DNA of 64,000 nt from Macrostomum lignano (GCA_002269645.1 NIVC01000396.1:1-64000), one strand, 5' to 3'. Shown: positions 25,967 to 40,028, counted from the first letter of the stretch. The notes: generated by a model from the sequence alone, not told the origin. Program-made: numbers and translations.

Positions 25967-26024
25967 GGTACCCGATGAGTTCGTCCGCTCCGAAGGTGAA
26001 CGTGAACACGCAGCTGAAGAATGG
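25967..26024 (+). CDS. CASKIN: Caskin-like exon 2
   Basis: ccag|GG...AATGG|GTGAGG; encodes YPMSSSAPKVNVNTQLKNG, matching the Caskin KxNVN..D.DG segment; phase 1 to 2. Confidence 0.8.
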
Positions 26025-26244
26025 GTGAGGAATTCTGTTGGCGCTTTCACCGCCTCCAAGAATGCTATGCTTGCTATTTGTGTGTCTACTTTAAGTAGGC
26101 ATGCCAGCATCAGCGATGCAGTTTAAATCAAACTAAATCAGCAACGTACTGAATAAATTGTTTAAAGCATTCAATTTTTCCATAATTTTATTTCATAATT
26201 TCTTCAGCTGGTAGAGTCACTGCCACTCTGCCAGCTCATCATCA

Positions 26245-27830
26245 AGTTGCTGGGCCAGCCTCCGAGATCCTCAGTTGCTGGGCCAGCCTCCCAGATCCTC
26301 AGTTGCTGGGCCACCCTCACAGATCCTCAGTTGCTGGGCCAGCCTCCCAGATACTCAGTTGCTGGGCCAGCCTCCCAGATCCTCAGTTGCTGGGCCAGCC
26401 TCCCAGATGCTCAGTTGCTGGGCCAGCCTCCCGGATCCTCAGTTGCTGGGCCAGCCTCCCAGATCCTCAGCTGCTGGGCCACCCTCACAGATCCTCAGTT
26501 GCTGGGCCAGCCTCCTAAATCCTCAGTTGCTGGGCCAGCCTCCTAAATTCTCAGTTGCTGGGCCAGCCTCCTAAATCCTCAGTTGCTGGGCCAGCCTCCC
26601 AGATGCTCAGTTGCTGGGCCAGCCTCCCAGATCCCCAGTTGCTGGGCCAGCCTCCCAGATCCCCAGTTGCTGGGCCAGCCTCCCAGATGCTCAGTTGCTG
26701 GGCCAGCCTCCCAGATGCTCAGTTGCTGGGCCAGCCTCCCAGATGCTCAGTTGCTGGGCCAGCCTCCCAGATGCTCAGTTGCTGGGCCAGCCTCCCAGAT
26801 GCTCAGTTGCTGGGCCAGCCTCCCGGATCCTCAGTTGCTGGGCCAGCCTCCCAGATCCTCAGCTGCTGGGCCACCCTCACAGATCCTCAGTTGCTGGGCC
26901 AGCCTCCTAAATCCTCAGTTGCTGGGCCAGCCTCCTAAATCCTCAGTTGCTGGGCCAGCCTCCCAGATGCTCAGTTGCTGAGCCAGCCTCCCAGATCCCC
27001 AGTTGCTGGGCCAGCCTCCCAGATGCTCAGTTGCTGGGCCAGCCTCCCAGATGCTCAGTTGCTGGGCCAGCCTCCCAGATGCTCAGTTGCTGGGCCAGCC
27101 TCCCAGATGCTCAGTTGCTGGGCCAGCCTCCCAGATGCTCAGTTGCTGGGCCAGCCTCCCAGATGCTCAGTTGCTGGGCCAGCCTCCCAGATGCTCAGTT
27201 GCTGGGCCAGCCTCCCAGATGCTCAGTTGCTGGGCCAGCCTCCCGGATCCTCAGTTGCTGGGCCAGCCTCCCAGATCCTCAGCTGCTGGGCCACCCTCAC
27301 AGATCCTCAGTTGCTGGGCCAGCCTCCTAAATCCTCAGTTGCTGGGCCAGCCTCCTAAATCCTCAGTTGCTGGGCCAGCCTCCCAGATGCTCAGTTGCTG
27401 AGCCAGCCTCCCAGATCCCCAGTTGCTGGGCCAGCCTCCCAGATGCTCAGTTGCTGGGCCAGCCTCCCAGATGCTCAGTTGCTGGGCCAGCCTCCCAGAT
27501 GCTCAGTTGCTGGGCCAGCCTCCCAGATGCTCAGTTGCTGGGCCAGCCTCCCAGATGCTCAGTTGCTGGGCCAGCCTCCCAGATGCTCAGTTGCTGGGCC
27601 AGCCTCCCAGATGCTCAGTTGCTGGGCCAGCCTCCCAGATGCTCAGTTGCTGGGCCAGCCTCCCAGATGCTCAGTTGCTGGGCCAGCCTCCCAGATGCTC
27701 AGTTGCTGGGCCAGCCTCCCAGATGCTCAGTTGCTGGGCCAGCCTCCCAGATGCTCAGTTGCTGGGCCATGAGGCCATGAGCCTCCCAGATGCTCAGTTG
27801 CTGGGCCAGCCTCCCAGATGCTCAGTTGCA
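26245..27830. repeat. Caskin intron 2: 28-bp minisatellite (CTCAGTTGCTGGGCCAGCCTCCCAGATG)n with higher-order structure
   Basis: About 56 units; variant monomers recur at roughly 390-420 bp spacing. Confidence 0.95.
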
Positions 27831-28489
27831 TTTATAGTTTAACTGCTCAGGGTTAACTAAAGTTTTATTACTCGAATTTAGCCTGAGAATCTTGACTGGT
27901 AGATACCCTACGGTGTCAGCATATCAAATCCATACTTCCGCAATAAGTATTTCCCTTTCGGTAAGCTCCGATGATCCTATTCCAGCATCTCCCAGGCCCT
28001 CTTTGCGCTTTAACGCTCTCGCAGTCCGCTAATCTGACAGGCGGTCTGTCCGCTCCTTGCCGCACGGGATGCAATAGATGCTGCCGTCTGATTGTGATTG
28101 ATGGGTTTATAGCCTGAGCGGCTGTAGTGCCTGCAGAGCGGGATGTCCAGCCGGCTACCCAAGTGCGGATTGCGCTGAAATTCTTCGTGTTTCAGCAACA
28201 ACACGCAGTCGGATTTGTTTATTGCTTACCGACTTTGATTGATTCGTTTTAATCGCCCGCACTGCGCTGCGTTTGGTTCCGAATTCTGCCAGGCGCAAAC
28301 CGCATCGACCTTGTTAAGAAATTAATTATCCTGCACCGATACTCCCAATCCAGTATTATAATATGAAAACATTGTGACGCTTCTAAATACCCCTCCCTGT
28401 CCGGATTTCCCCGTTGGCATATTCTAAATTGCCCGAGATGCTTGATTCCCTTAGATTCCCTGGTGACTCGATTTTCTACGAGTAGTTTG

Positions 28490-29490
28490 CAGGTTCTAAA
28501 TTCCCCTTGTGACTTGATCCCCTAGTAGATATTCATATTCTAAATTCCCCTTGTGACTTGATCCCCTAGTAGATATTCATATTCTAAATTCCCCTTGTGA
28601 CTTGATCCCCTAGTAGATATTCATATTCTAAATTCCCCTTGTGACTTGATCCCCTAGTAGATATTCATATTCTAAATTCCCCTTGTGACTTGATCCCCTA
28701 GTAGATATTCATATTCTAAATTCCCCTTGTGACTTGATCCCCTAGTAGATATTCATATTCTAAATTCCCCTTGTGACTTGATCCCCTAGTAGATATTCAT
28801 ATTCTAAATTCCCCTTGTGACTTGATCCCCTAGTAGATATTCATATTCTAAATTCCCCTTGTGACTTGATCCCCTAGTAGATATTCATATTCTAAATTCC
28901 CCTTGTGACTTGATCCCCTAGTAGATATTCATATTCTAAATTCCCCTTGTGACTTGATCCCCTAGTAGATATTCATATTCTAAATTCCCCTTGTGACTTG
29001 ATTCCCTAGTAGATATTCATATTCTAAATTCTCCTTGTGACTTGATTCCCTAGTAGATATTCATATTCTAAATTCTCCTTGTGACTTGATTCCCTAGTAG
29101 ATATTCATATTCTAAATTCCCCTTGTGACTTGATTCCCTAGTAGATATTCATATTCTAAATTCTCCTTGTGACTTGATTCCCTAGTAGATATTCATATTC
29201 TAAATTCCCCTTGTGACTTGATCCCCTAGTAGATATTCATATTCTAAATTCCCCTCGTGACTTGATTCCCTAGTAGATATTCATATTCTAAATTCCCCTT
29301 GTGACTTGATCCCCTAGTAGATATTCATATTCTAAATTCCCCTTGTGACTTGATCCCCTAGCAGATATTCAAATTCTAAATTCTCCTTGTGACTTGATTC
29401 CCTAGTAGATATTCATATTCTAAATTCTCCTTGTGACTTGATTCCCTAGTAGATATTCATATTCTAAATTCCCCTTGTGACTTGATTCCC
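28490..29490. repeat. Caskin intron 2: 44-bp minisatellite (ATTCTAAATTCCCCTTGTGACTTGATCCCCTAGTAGATATTCAT)n
   Basis: About 23 near-identical units with no spacers. Confidence 0.95.
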
Positions 29491-32139
29491 TAGTATATAC
29501 ACAGCTTATAAATTCGCCAGCTGATTAGGTTTTGGTTATCATGGTGTCTATCGTTTTCGTTACATCTACTCTGTCCTTGCACTAAAATTGCATAAATTTT
29601 TCTTCGTAAGTCTCAACCTCGAACTTCCAAGCCTCGACCCCTAGGAAACCGTTTTGAGTAGTTTTCTGTTCACCATCAATCTGTTACAAATTGGTTCCTT
29701 GTGTTTGCTTTCTCTTCCCCCTTGGCCCTCGCTCTCCAGCACTTCCTCCAGCTGAGGCCTGGGGCCGTTCTGTATTTGCCAGCCTCTCCACTCGCCTGTG
29801 CTCAGTTTGGTCTTGTTTACCGCTAGAATATTAGAGTTCAACATACACAAGTACATTAAACAGGGGGCCAACCCACAAGGCACAGAGTGTACATGCCTGA
29901 GGATTAGAAAGTCACAAGGGTCGCTGTGCCAGCAGTCCTTGTGCAATCACCTACACTAAACAGTGGCTTCGGTGCAGTGCAGGCTCGACAGAAGGCGAGA
30001 GCAAAATGCCAATTGCTTAGTCGTTCTGTTGGGGTGCTCTTTTGCATCGGACTTTTTCCTCCCGTTGCCATTCATTCCCTCCGTGTTGTTCCGCATCAGA
30101 GTACTCGCGCTTATTTTCCTGGAATGCGTTCGCCCTCTCGCTGCTTCTGTCCTGCCCCTCTGTTTTCTGCTTCCTTGTCTTTCTCGGAATTTTTGCTTCC
30201 TTATCTTTTATCCTGCAGCCGGGCAGTCCATTCCCCTGTTCACCTATCAGTGTTTAGCAGTTCAGCTAGTTAGAGGCCTGTAAGGGAAACTCTGCCGCAT
30301 TGTTGCATTGCAATTTGTTCTCACGGCTTTACCCTTCTGCTCTATTGTTATTAACTGTGTTGCCATGCAATTTTCAGTTGTACTCAGTCAAGCCCTTGCT
30401 TGCAGCTCTCCCTCTGTCACCCACCCCCTCCTCTACTTACTAAGCGAGAACTTCTTATGGCATCATAAAAAACCGGGGAACCAGGCTAAAAAAAACTTCT
30501 GCATTCAGTGGAGGTGTTGATTAAACTGGTTGAGTCTACAGGCTTAAGGCGGGCGCGCTGGAGACGGGGGTAGCAGGGCCAGGACTCTGTCTCCTCACCC
30601 TATAGGAGGCCATCTCTGTAGCAACTGTTTTTGGCACCCTGCCAAGTCAATAAAAGTTTTAGCGCATAGATTGATCATTGTGAGCTTCTGTGCGTGGGAT
30701 TATTTTAGGGAGAGCTGAGCTAAGATGGTTAGTGGTTCAAGTTATCAGGGAAAGCAACCATATTAAAATTTAAAATTTTGCAAGATTTTCTACATCAATG
30801 CGACCTAAAAAGATTTGTTTTAGCATTGCTCAAACGGTTTCTTAGAATCTCGTCGAAACCCTGTGATTTCTTAGAAATATCCAAATATTCTTAGAATCAC
30901 CAGAAAGGATTTTGGAAAAATCTTGACATACTTCCTAGAGCTTTAAAATCCCTTTTAAAAATTCTTGGAGTGAACTTTTCTTAAATTCCTAGAATCCCCC
31001 TAGAATGCACTTTAAAATGAAACTATCTTTACAGGTGACAACAACCAGGTGCACTTTCAATAGAAAAATGGTGGGTGTTAAAATGGCCAAAGCTATTGAC
31101 AGCACTGGTCGCACTGGTTGGCGGCCACAGGTTGAGGGGGAGGGCGGAGTTCGGCCAGTTTTTGACACTGGATAGAGGGAGAGACAGGCAGCGATTGCGA
31201 CAGAAATCCCCTGCAGAAATATATCCCATTCCCATTCGACTTGCCTCTTGGGAGGGAAGTCCGGCGTGGGAGATACGCGCGGGAAATAGCGGCCCCCCCA
31301 TCAGCCTGTGCTGCGTGGGATTTCTCCCCTGACAAGGGAAGGCCGAAGCCGCGGCTTCAGTCGGAGGCTTTGGGGGAGGGCACTGGAGAAGCTGGACGGG
31401 AAAATAGCTGGTGAGGATTTTGAAAGCGGGGATAGAGTGAGGATGAGGAGGAAAGGATTCTGTGCTTTCCTCTTCCCCGGTTTTCATCTCGGCCAACGGT
31501 CTGTTCTCCCTTTCGCTCATCAGCTCCTCTCTAGCCGGCTTCTATCTGTAGCCAAGGACTTCTAGGAAATAAATAAGCTATCTGGAATGGAAACTCACTA
31601 AAAACTTCAGTTGCAGCCGTATTTTATTAAGCATATTTTGTCTGTCGCATTAAGACTCATTCATCTGACTAAAATGTCAGATTTAATGTTTTTTTAAAAA
31701 TTAGCGAATCTACCCAGTTCAGTTTCCATTCCGGTTATCTTTTTCTAAAAGTCCATGCCGCTGCCTTCAGCGTCTCTCTTCCTCCCTCTCCTCCCCTTCT
31801 GTGTCCCTCATCTCGTTTCGTATTCGCGAGCCAGTCCAGGGGGTTGGGGGTGGGGAGGTTCAACCAAACAGTGACGCCCGGGCTGAGGGTGTTGAGGACT
31901 GCGCCAGTGAAGGCCTGAACTGTTTTTGCCCGAAAGAGAGAGAGGGAAGAAAAGCCGATATCGCCGATTTTGGGCTGCTGACTGAAAGCGAATTTAAAGA
32001 AGTTTTCTTATTTAATACATTGAGACGCGCTAAATAAGAAGCACGGATGACAGAGGCGTAGTTTTACTATTATAGCCTGACTGCATCGGGCAGAAGACAA
32101 TCCGCTTGAATTCACTGACTGCCGATTTCCGTGTTGCAG

Positions 32140-32237
32140 AATGTCTGCCCTGCATCAGGCCGCCTTCAATGGCAACCTGGCTATCATGCAAGTGCTGCTG
32201 GAGAACGAATCAGCTGTTGACCTGCAAGACTCTCGAG
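32140..32237 (+). CDS. CASKIN: Caskin-like exon 3 (ankyrin repeat)
   Basis: ttgcag|A ATG...CGA G|GTGAGA; encodes MSALHQAAFNGNLAIMQVLLENESAVDLQDSR. Confidence 0.9.
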
Positions 32238-32294
32238 GTGAGAATTGCTTGCCTTTAAACGTTCGGGACTGTTTTCTAAGAATAAGGGCCGGAC

Positions 32295-33390
32295 TAGGTC
32301 CTTAAGAATCGCCCCAATAGGTCCTTAAGAATCGCCCCAACAGGTCCTCAAGAATCGCCCCAACAGGTCCTCAATAATCGCCCCAACAGGTCCTGAAGAA
32401 TCGCCCCAACAGGTCCTGAAGAATCGCCTCGACAGGTCCTGAAGAATCGCCCCAACAGGTCCTGAAGAATCGCCCCAACAGGTCTTTAAGAATCGCCCCA
32501 TAAGGTCCTCAAGAATCGCCTTAAAAGATCTTGAAGAATCGCCCCAAGAAAATCCTGAAAATCGCCCCAACAAAAGCCCGAGAATCGTCCCAACTAAAGC
32601 CCGAGAATCGCCCCAACAAAAGCCCGAGAATCGTCCCAACAAAAGCCCGAGAATCGCCCCAACAAAAGCCCGAGAATCGCCCCAAGAAAATCCTGAAAAT
32701 CGCCCCAACAAAAGCCCGAGAATCGCCCCAACAAAAGCCCGAGAATCGCCCCAACAAAAGCCCGAGAATCGCCCCAACAAAAGCCCGAGAATCGCCCCAA
32801 CAAAAGCCCGAGAATCGTCCCAACAAAAGCCCGAGAATCGTCCCAACAAAAGCCCGAGAATCGCCCCAACAAAAGCACGAGAATCGCCCGAAGAAAATCC
32901 TGAAAATCGCCCCAACAAAAGCCCGAGAATCGTCCCAACAAAAGCCCGAGAATCGCCCCAACAAAAGCCCGAGAATCGCCCGAAGAAAATCCTGAAAATC
33001 GCCCCAACAAAAGCCCGAGAATCGTCCCAACAAAAGCCCGAGAATCGCCCGAAGAAAATCCTGAAAATCGCCCCAACAAAAGCCCGAGAATCGCCCCAAC
33101 AAAAGCCCGAGAATCGCCCGAAGAAAATCCTGAAAATCGCCCCAACAAAAGCCCGAGAATCGCCCCAACAAAAGCCCGAGAATCGTCCCAACAAAAGCCC
33201 GAGAATCGCCCGAAGAAAATCCTGAAAATCGCCCCAACAAAAGCCCGAGAATCGCCCCAACAAAAGCCCGAGAATCGTCCCAACAAAAGCCCGAGAATCG
33301 CCCCAACAAAAGCCCGAGAATCGTCCCAACAAAAGCCCGAGAATCGCCCCAACAAAAGCCCGAGAATCGCCCCAGCAAAAGCCTAAGAAG
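32295..33390. repeat. Caskin intron 3: 23-bp minisatellite (AACAAAAGCCCGAGAATCGCCCC)n and variants
   Basis: 23-bp periodicity with an older variant (AACAGGTCCTGAAGAATCGCCCC) at the 5' end. Confidence 0.95.
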
Positions 33391-33887
33391 CGCCCTATGG
33401 CCAGTTACCCTGCAAGAGGCGCATGCGTACTTCAGGAAAGAATTTTAGCAGATTTCCATTCCATATTAATTGCTAAATTATTGATACCCTTCCCGCACTT
33501 TAAATCTGATTTTACAGCTGCCGGGATGCGGGCAAAAGTTTTACAGGTGTAGGCATTATTTATTAATTTCGCAGCTTCGGTTCCGGCTTCAGTTAGGTAC
33601 GGATGGAATGAATTTAATGTGAAGAGTAAATAAGATCTGGGTTGCTATGCAATCAGTAGTGATTGAAGTGGAAAATTCCCATTTCAATTCCATTAGCGTC
33701 TGGGCTTTCATTTTGGCCGGCTAACTTTTCTCAGATTTAAATCTAGCTCTGGGACTTCTCCCCCAGGGTCGGGTTTGTACTTTTCAGACTTAATTAGGCA
33801 TATCAGATTAGTGTGGAAGATGATATATAACTAGGTATGTTCGAGTATTTTTTATAGCAATGGGGTATGTATACTACAGTATGTTAT

Positions 33888-34421
<534 letters not shown>

Positions 34422-34443
34422 AATGTCCCCTCTGCTTTTCCAG

Positions 34444-34589
34444 GTCTCCGCCCGCTGCACGTGGCCAGCTTCCAGGGTCACTTTGAGGCTGTGCACCTGC
34501 TGCTGAAGTGGCACAGCTGCGTGAATTCGGTCGCTCTGGGCGCCCTGACTCCGCTGCACCTGGCTTGCCAGGCCGGCCACTACGACGTG
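34444..34589 (+). CDS. CASKIN: Caskin-like exon 4 (ankyrin repeats)
   Basis: ttccag|GT; encodes GLRPLHVASFQGHFEAVHLLLKWHSCVNSVALGALTPLHLACQAGHYDV; donor GTTAGT. Confidence 0.9.
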
Positions 34590-34689
34590 GTTAGTGTGCT
34601 CACTTCCTCGCTTAAAATGTCTCTTTATATCATCCAGCTGTTATGTTAGTGTCAGTGTTATCCGCACCTCCCATCCCGGAACTGTGCAG

Positions 34690-34785
34690 GTGAAGCTGCT
34701 CCTGTGCAACAATGCCAACCCCATGCTGCGCGCCGATGACGGCCGATCCGCCTTTGACGTGGCCTGCGAGTTCGGCCGCTACACA
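34690..34785 (+). CDS. CASKIN: Caskin-like exon 5 (ankyrin repeat)
   Basis: gtgcag|GTG; encodes VKLLLCNNANPMLRADDGRSAFDVACEFGRYT (Caskin-type DLACEFGR motif); donor GTAAGT. Confidence 0.9.
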
Positions 34786-34834
34786 GTAAGTGGGGCCGTT
34801 TTTTTGAGCAATTTGCTAGTGCGTTTGGGTCAGA

Positions 34835-36112
34835 TGAGTCAGAGCTGTGTCAGTGGATTAGTGTATTTGTGGGTCAGGTGGGTCAGGTCTGTGTGCAGTA
34901 GATCAGTGTGTTTGTGGGTCAGGTCTGTGTGTCAGTGGATCAGTGTGTTTGTGGGTCAGGTCTGTGTGTCAGTGGATCAGTATGTTTGTGGGTCAAGTGG
35001 GTCAGGTCTGTGTGCAGTGGATCAGTGTGTTTGTGGGTCAGGTCTGTGTGTCAGTGGATCAGTGTGTTTGTGGGTCAAGTGGGTCAGGTCTGTGTGTCAG
35101 TGGATCAGTGTGTTTGTGGGTCAGGTCTGTGTGTCAGTGGATCAGTGTGTTTGTGGGTCAGGTCTGTGTCAGTGGATCAGTGTGTTTGTGGGTCAGGTCT
35201 GTGTCAGTGGATCAGTGTGTTTGTGGGTCAGGTCTGTGTGTCAGTGGATCAGTGTGTTTGTGGGTCAGGTCTGTGTGTCAGTGGATCAGTGTGTTTGTGG
35301 GTCAAGTGGGTCAGGTCTGTGTGCAGTGGATCAGTGTGTTTGTGGGTCAGGTCTGTGTGTCAGTGGTTCAGTGTGTTTGTGGGTCAGGTCTGTGTCAGTG
35401 GATCAGTGTGTTTGTGGGTCAGGTCTGTGTCAGTGGATCAGTGTGTTTGTGGGTCAGGTCTGTGTCAGTGGATCAGTGTGTTTGTGGGTCAGGTGGGTCA
35501 GGTCTGTGTGTCAGTGGTTCAGTGTGTTTGTGGGTCAGGTCTGTGTCAGTGGATCAGTGTGTTTGTGGGTCAGGTCTGTGTCAGTGGATCAGTGTGTTTG
35601 TGGGTCAAGTGGGTCAGGTCTGTGTGTCAGTGGATCAGTGTGTTTGTGAGTCAGGTCTGTGTGTCAGTGGATCAGTGTGTTTGTGGGTCAGGTGGGTCAG
35701 GTCTGTGTGTCAGTGGATCAGTGTGTTTGTGGGTCAGGTCTGTGTCAGTGGATCAGGTGGATTAGTGTGTATCCACACACACTAGTCAGTGGATCAGTGT
35801 GTTTGTGGGTCAGGTGGGTCAGGTCTGTGTGCAGTGGATCAGTGTGTTTGTGGGTCAGGTGGGTCAGGTCTGTGTGCAGTGGATCAGTGTGTTAGTGGGT
35901 CAAGTGGGTCAGGTCTGTGTGCAGTGGATCAGTGTGTTTGTGGGTCATGTCTGTGTGTCAGTGGATTAGTGTGTTTGTGGGTCAGGTCTGTGTGTCAGTG
36001 GATCAGTGTGTTTGTGGGTCAGGTCTGTGTGTCGGTGGATCAGTGTGTTTGTGGGTCAGGTCTGTGTGCAGTGGATCAGTGTACTCGTATTTGCGGGTCA
36101 GGTGGGTCAGGT
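34835..36112. repeat. Caskin intron 5: composite 35-46-bp minisatellite (GTCAGTGGATCAGTGTGTTTGTGGGTCAGGTCTGTGT)n
   Basis: Tandem units of variable length. Confidence 0.93.
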
Positions 36113-36209
36113 CAGGATAAAAATTGGTCCGAATCTCCAAGCAACATTTCTTGGATTGCATGTGCAGAAGTCAATACAAACATTGGTTCCCTAACACTGC
36201 AATCGCCAG

Positions 36210-36382
36210 ATTGTGCAGCTCCTCATGTCGCTCAAATCTGTTACCGGGCTGCTATTCGAGGACGCCGAGTATTTTCCCCAGCACAGTCCGCACCGCTCTG
36301 CCGCCTCCGAGCAGCAGGGCTACCGGCGGCCGCCTTCCTGCCTTCATCTGGCCGCCAAAAATGGCCACACCGATGTGCTCAG
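36210..36382 (+). CDS. CASKIN: Caskin-like exon 6
   Basis: gccag|ATT; encodes IVQLLMSLKS...PSCLHLAAKNGHTDVLR (Caskin-type LHLAAKNGH); donor AG|GTGAGT. Confidence 0.9.
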
Positions 36383-36464
36383 GTGAGTCCGGAGTCCTTG
36401 TGTGAAGGACTGTCTTGTACTTTTATTTTAGTAATTCACGGCTGCTAATATTTTCATTTTAAAG

Positions 36465-36576
36465 GCTTCTGCTGAGCCAGCCGGGTGTCAACGTGAACCG
36501 GGTCACCGAGCAGGGCAGCTGCTTGCACATGACCGCCTTCTACGGCCACGTGGAGGCCACCAAGCTGCTGCTTGAG
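36465..36576 (+). CDS. CASKIN: Caskin-like exon 7 (ankyrin repeat)
   Basis: ttaaag|G CTT; encodes LLLSQPGVNVNRVTEQGSCLHMTAFYGHVEATKLLLE; donor GTGAGC. Confidence 0.9.
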
Positions 36577-36604
36577 GTGAGCGGCGGGTGCTGATGACAC
36601 ACGT

Positions 36605-36656
36605 ACAGACAGACAGACAGACAGACAGATACAGACAGACAGACAGACAGACAGAT

Positions 36657-36727
<71 letters not shown>

Positions 36728-36728
36728 G
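36605..36728. repeat. Caskin intron 7: (CAGA)n microsatellite
   Basis: About 30 units starting about 28 nt after the exon 7 donor; reverse complement of the intron 3 array. Confidence 0.97.
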
Positions 36729-37527
36729 CCACACAGAGATGCTCGCCAGGTTATTTACCCCTGGCCAAATCAGCAGATTTTGTCAGCTCTGTGTGCTTGC
36801 ACTTCAACTCTCAGCTTCATTCGTCCGTAAAAGATCTGATCTAACTGGCCTCTCTTCCTGTATAGAGCTTTGCCTACAGTGCAATCAAGCTGTTACTCTC
36901 AAGTCTTGCACTGCATTTCCTAATGCACAATATGCTTGTGCTGTGTTTGTCTCCAGTTCCAATCTGCTGCTTATATCTACATGTAGCTTTGGCTGAGAGA
37001 GGCGCAGCCCCAAGTCAGTCAGTCAGTCATTTTATCGCGACCTTAAGAGTTCACCGCAGTATTTGACATATGCAATACAATAGACATGAAGTGTGCTTTA
37101 TATGTATACTGATAAGAAGGCCAGCTTTTCGGGTGAGGGTTAGGGGGGGTCTAATTTTTTATTGGGGCCTTTTTTGGCCAGTTGGGGTTGCCGCTCGGTC
37201 ACCACCCAAAGCCTGGGCGTGCAGCTCATATATGAGTATTGCAAATGCAGTAGCCAGAATTGAGAGCACCAAAGACTCAATATATTCGTAATTCTAAGAA
37301 AAAGCAAGAAAAAATTATGGATCATCAACTAGATTTGAGCTCGCTGCCGCCGCCTCCGCCTGAGTTCTTTCTTGATAACTTTGATAATGATGAAGAATTC
37401 ATATTTAGCAACAGTAACTGCAAGGATTATAACTGTACTATTAAAGTGAGAGGGATCTTGCATGCTCTCTACTTTCCCAATCGGATTAAACTAATTCGTG
37501 TCCCCCACTGAATTCCCCAATTTGCAG

Positions 37528-37630
37528 CAGGGCATCGACCCGGGCCTGACCAACGCCCACGGCCGCACCGCCAAGGAGGTGATCGCCAGGGACACTCCGT
37601 TTGCCCGCGAGCTGCACCAGATCCTCTATG
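37528..37630 (+). CDS. CASKIN: Caskin-like exon 8
   Basis: Tandem acceptor ttgcag|CAG|GGC; encodes (Q)GIDPGLTNAHGRTAKEVIARDTPFARELHQILY; donor G|GTGAGT. Confidence 0.85.
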
Positions 37631-37789
37631 GTGAGTGGCGTGGCTTGATCTTAATGACTCTTTCTCTTGGGCTCGCTTGTTTGCCCAAGACTAACAGTTA
37701 GAGGGAGAAAGCTTAACCTGAGCCACTAGTTGTGCCTAATATTAGACATCTCTGATGACAAGCAAAAAGTGTGGCGTCTCCGCCTTGCC

Positions 37790-38740
37790 AGATCCCCAGC
37801 CTCCCAGATCCTCAGTTGCTGGGCCAGCCTCCCAGATCCTCAGTTGCTGGGCCAGCCTTCCGGATCCCCAGTTGCTGGGCCAGCCTCCCAGATCCTCAGC
37901 TGCTGGGCCAGCCTCCCAGATCCTCAGCTGCTGGGCCAGCCTCCCAGATCCTCAGCTGCTGGGCCAGCCTCCCAGATCCTCAGCTGCAGGGCCAGCTTCC
38001 CAGATCCTCAGTCTCCCAGATCCTCAGCTGCAGGGCCAGCTTCCCAGATCCTCAGTCTCCCAGATCCTCAGTCTCCCAGATCCTCAGTCTCCCAGATCCT
38101 CAGTCTCCCAGATCCTCAGTCTCCCAGATCCTCAGTCTCCCAGATCCTCAGTCTCCCAGATCCTCAGTCTCCCAGATCCTCAGTCTCCCAGATCCTCAGT
38201 CTCCCAGATCCTCAGTCTCCCAGATCCTCAGTCTCCCAGATCCTCAGTCTCCCAGATCCTCAGTCTCCCAGATCCTCAGTCTCCCAGATCCTCAGTCTCC
38301 CAGATCCTCAGTCTCCCAGATCCTCAGTCTCCCAGATCCTCAGTCTCCCAGATCCTCAGTCTGGGATCCTCAGTCTCCCAGATCCTCAGTCTCCCAGATC
38401 CTCAGTCTCCCAGATCCTCAGTCTCCCAGATCCTCAGTCTCCCAGATCCTCAGTCTCCCAGATCCTCAGTCTCCCAGATCCTCAGTCTCCCAGATCCTCA
38501 GTCTCCCAGATCCTCAGTCTCCCAGATCCTCAGTCTCCCAGATCCTCAGTCTCCCAGATCCTCAGTCTCCCAGATCCTCAGTCTCCCAGATCCCCAGTTG
38601 CTGGGCCAGCCTCCCAGATCCCCAGTTGCTGGGCCAGCCTTCCGGATCCCCAGTTGCTGGGCCAGCCTTCCGGATCCCCAGTTGCTGGGCCAGCCTTCCG
38701 GATCCCCAGTTGCTGGGCCAGCCTCCCGGATCCCCAGGCT
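37790..38740. repeat. Caskin intron 8: the 28-bp family flanking a derived 16-bp array (CAGATCCTCAGTCTCC)n
   Basis: Same monomer as 26245-27830 at both edges, with a 16-bp deletion derivative in the middle. Confidence 0.95.
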
Positions 38741-39244
38741 TCAGTAGCACAACTCAGCACAAAATGCCTGCCATGCAAACCACAAAGCTTGCTGATCAAC
38801 TCTGGCCAGTGTTCAGAATCCATAAAAAATCCAACCCTGACAACGCAAGCTCGGTCAAATCCTATTGCAAACTGTTGTTGCTGGGCTGCGGGCGTTGCCG
38901 GCACCTCGGGGATAATCTCCCACTCTGCTCTCAGTTGTCCCGGTTGCAGAGAATTTCTGACCTCATCTGCATAGCGAGAGACGAGAGATTCTCCGGGTGC
39001 AAGCAGCGCGATTTTAATTGCGGGTTAATTTTCACAAGCGCCGCACCGCCCCAACTCGGGTCATCCGAGGCCACGCAGATCAGACTGCGGACTATTTTAA
39101 TATTTATTCATCTTAAAAACTCGTTTTATCAATCAAATTTATGCTACTGGTGCACTCAGTAGTGTAAGTAGTTTTGATTGAAATATTAACAGTATTCCTG
39201 TGAAGACTTGCTTTTATAAGAATAAACGTCATTGCCAACTCAAT

Positions 39245-39925
39245 TTACCGAGTTCCTTCCGATGCTATGACAGTAGATTACCGAATTCCCCTCCAATGCT
39301 ATGACCGTAGTTTACCGAATTCCCCTCGGATGCCATGACCGTAGTTTACCGAATTCCCCTCGAATGCTATGACCGTAGTTTACCGAATTCCCCTCGAATG
39401 CTATGACCGTAGTTTACCGAATTTCCCTCGGATGCTATGACCGTAGTTTACCGAATTCCCCTCGGATGCCATGACCGTAGTTTACTGAATTCCCCTCCAA
39501 TGCTATGACCGTAGTTTACCGAATTCCCCTCCAATGCTATGACCGTAGTTTACCGAATTCCCCTCGGATGCTATGACCGTAGTTTACCGAATTCCACTGG
39601 AGTCCATGACCGTAGTTTACCGAATTCCCCTCCGATGCTATGACCGTAGTTTACCGAATTCCCCTCGAATGCTATGACCGTAGTTTACCGAATTCCCCTC
39701 GAATGCTATGACCGTAGTTTACCGAATTCCCCTCGAATGCTATGACCGTAGTTTACCGAATTCCCCTCCAATGCTATGACCGTAGTTTACCGAATTCCCC
39801 TCCGATGCTATGACCGTAGTTTACCGAATTCCCCTCAAATGCTATGACCGTAGTTTACCGAATTCCCCTCCAATGCTATGACCGTAGTTTACCGAATCCC
39901 CCTCCTATGAATGCTATGACCTTAG
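39245..39925. repeat. Caskin intron 8: 34-bp minisatellite (GACCGTAGTTTACCGAATTCCCCTCGAATGCTAT)n
   Basis: About 20 units with only 1-4 variable bases each. Confidence 0.95.
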
Positions 39926-40028
39926 TTTTCCTCCAGATGCGATGACCATTGTTTACCAAATTCCCCAGCTGTACTGAATTACAGCATTTTTCAATCGCCG
40001 ATATGTATCGAAAATAAAATTGTCGCAG

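Noticed and set aside
25368-27842. Long repetitive ORFs (VRQWVS, DTHPLP, LLGQPPR and similar) in the ORF track
   Set aside because: These are stop-free frames of intronic tandem repeats. The same applies to ORFs at 32325-33378, 33860-35895, 37730-39162 and 43795-44363.
39245-39925. 34-bp regular array resembling a CRISPR array (also 28490-29490, 40468-41125, 45175-45710)
   Set aside because: Units are contiguous with no unique spacers, sit inside spliceosomal introns and have no cas genes nearby; they are minisatellites.
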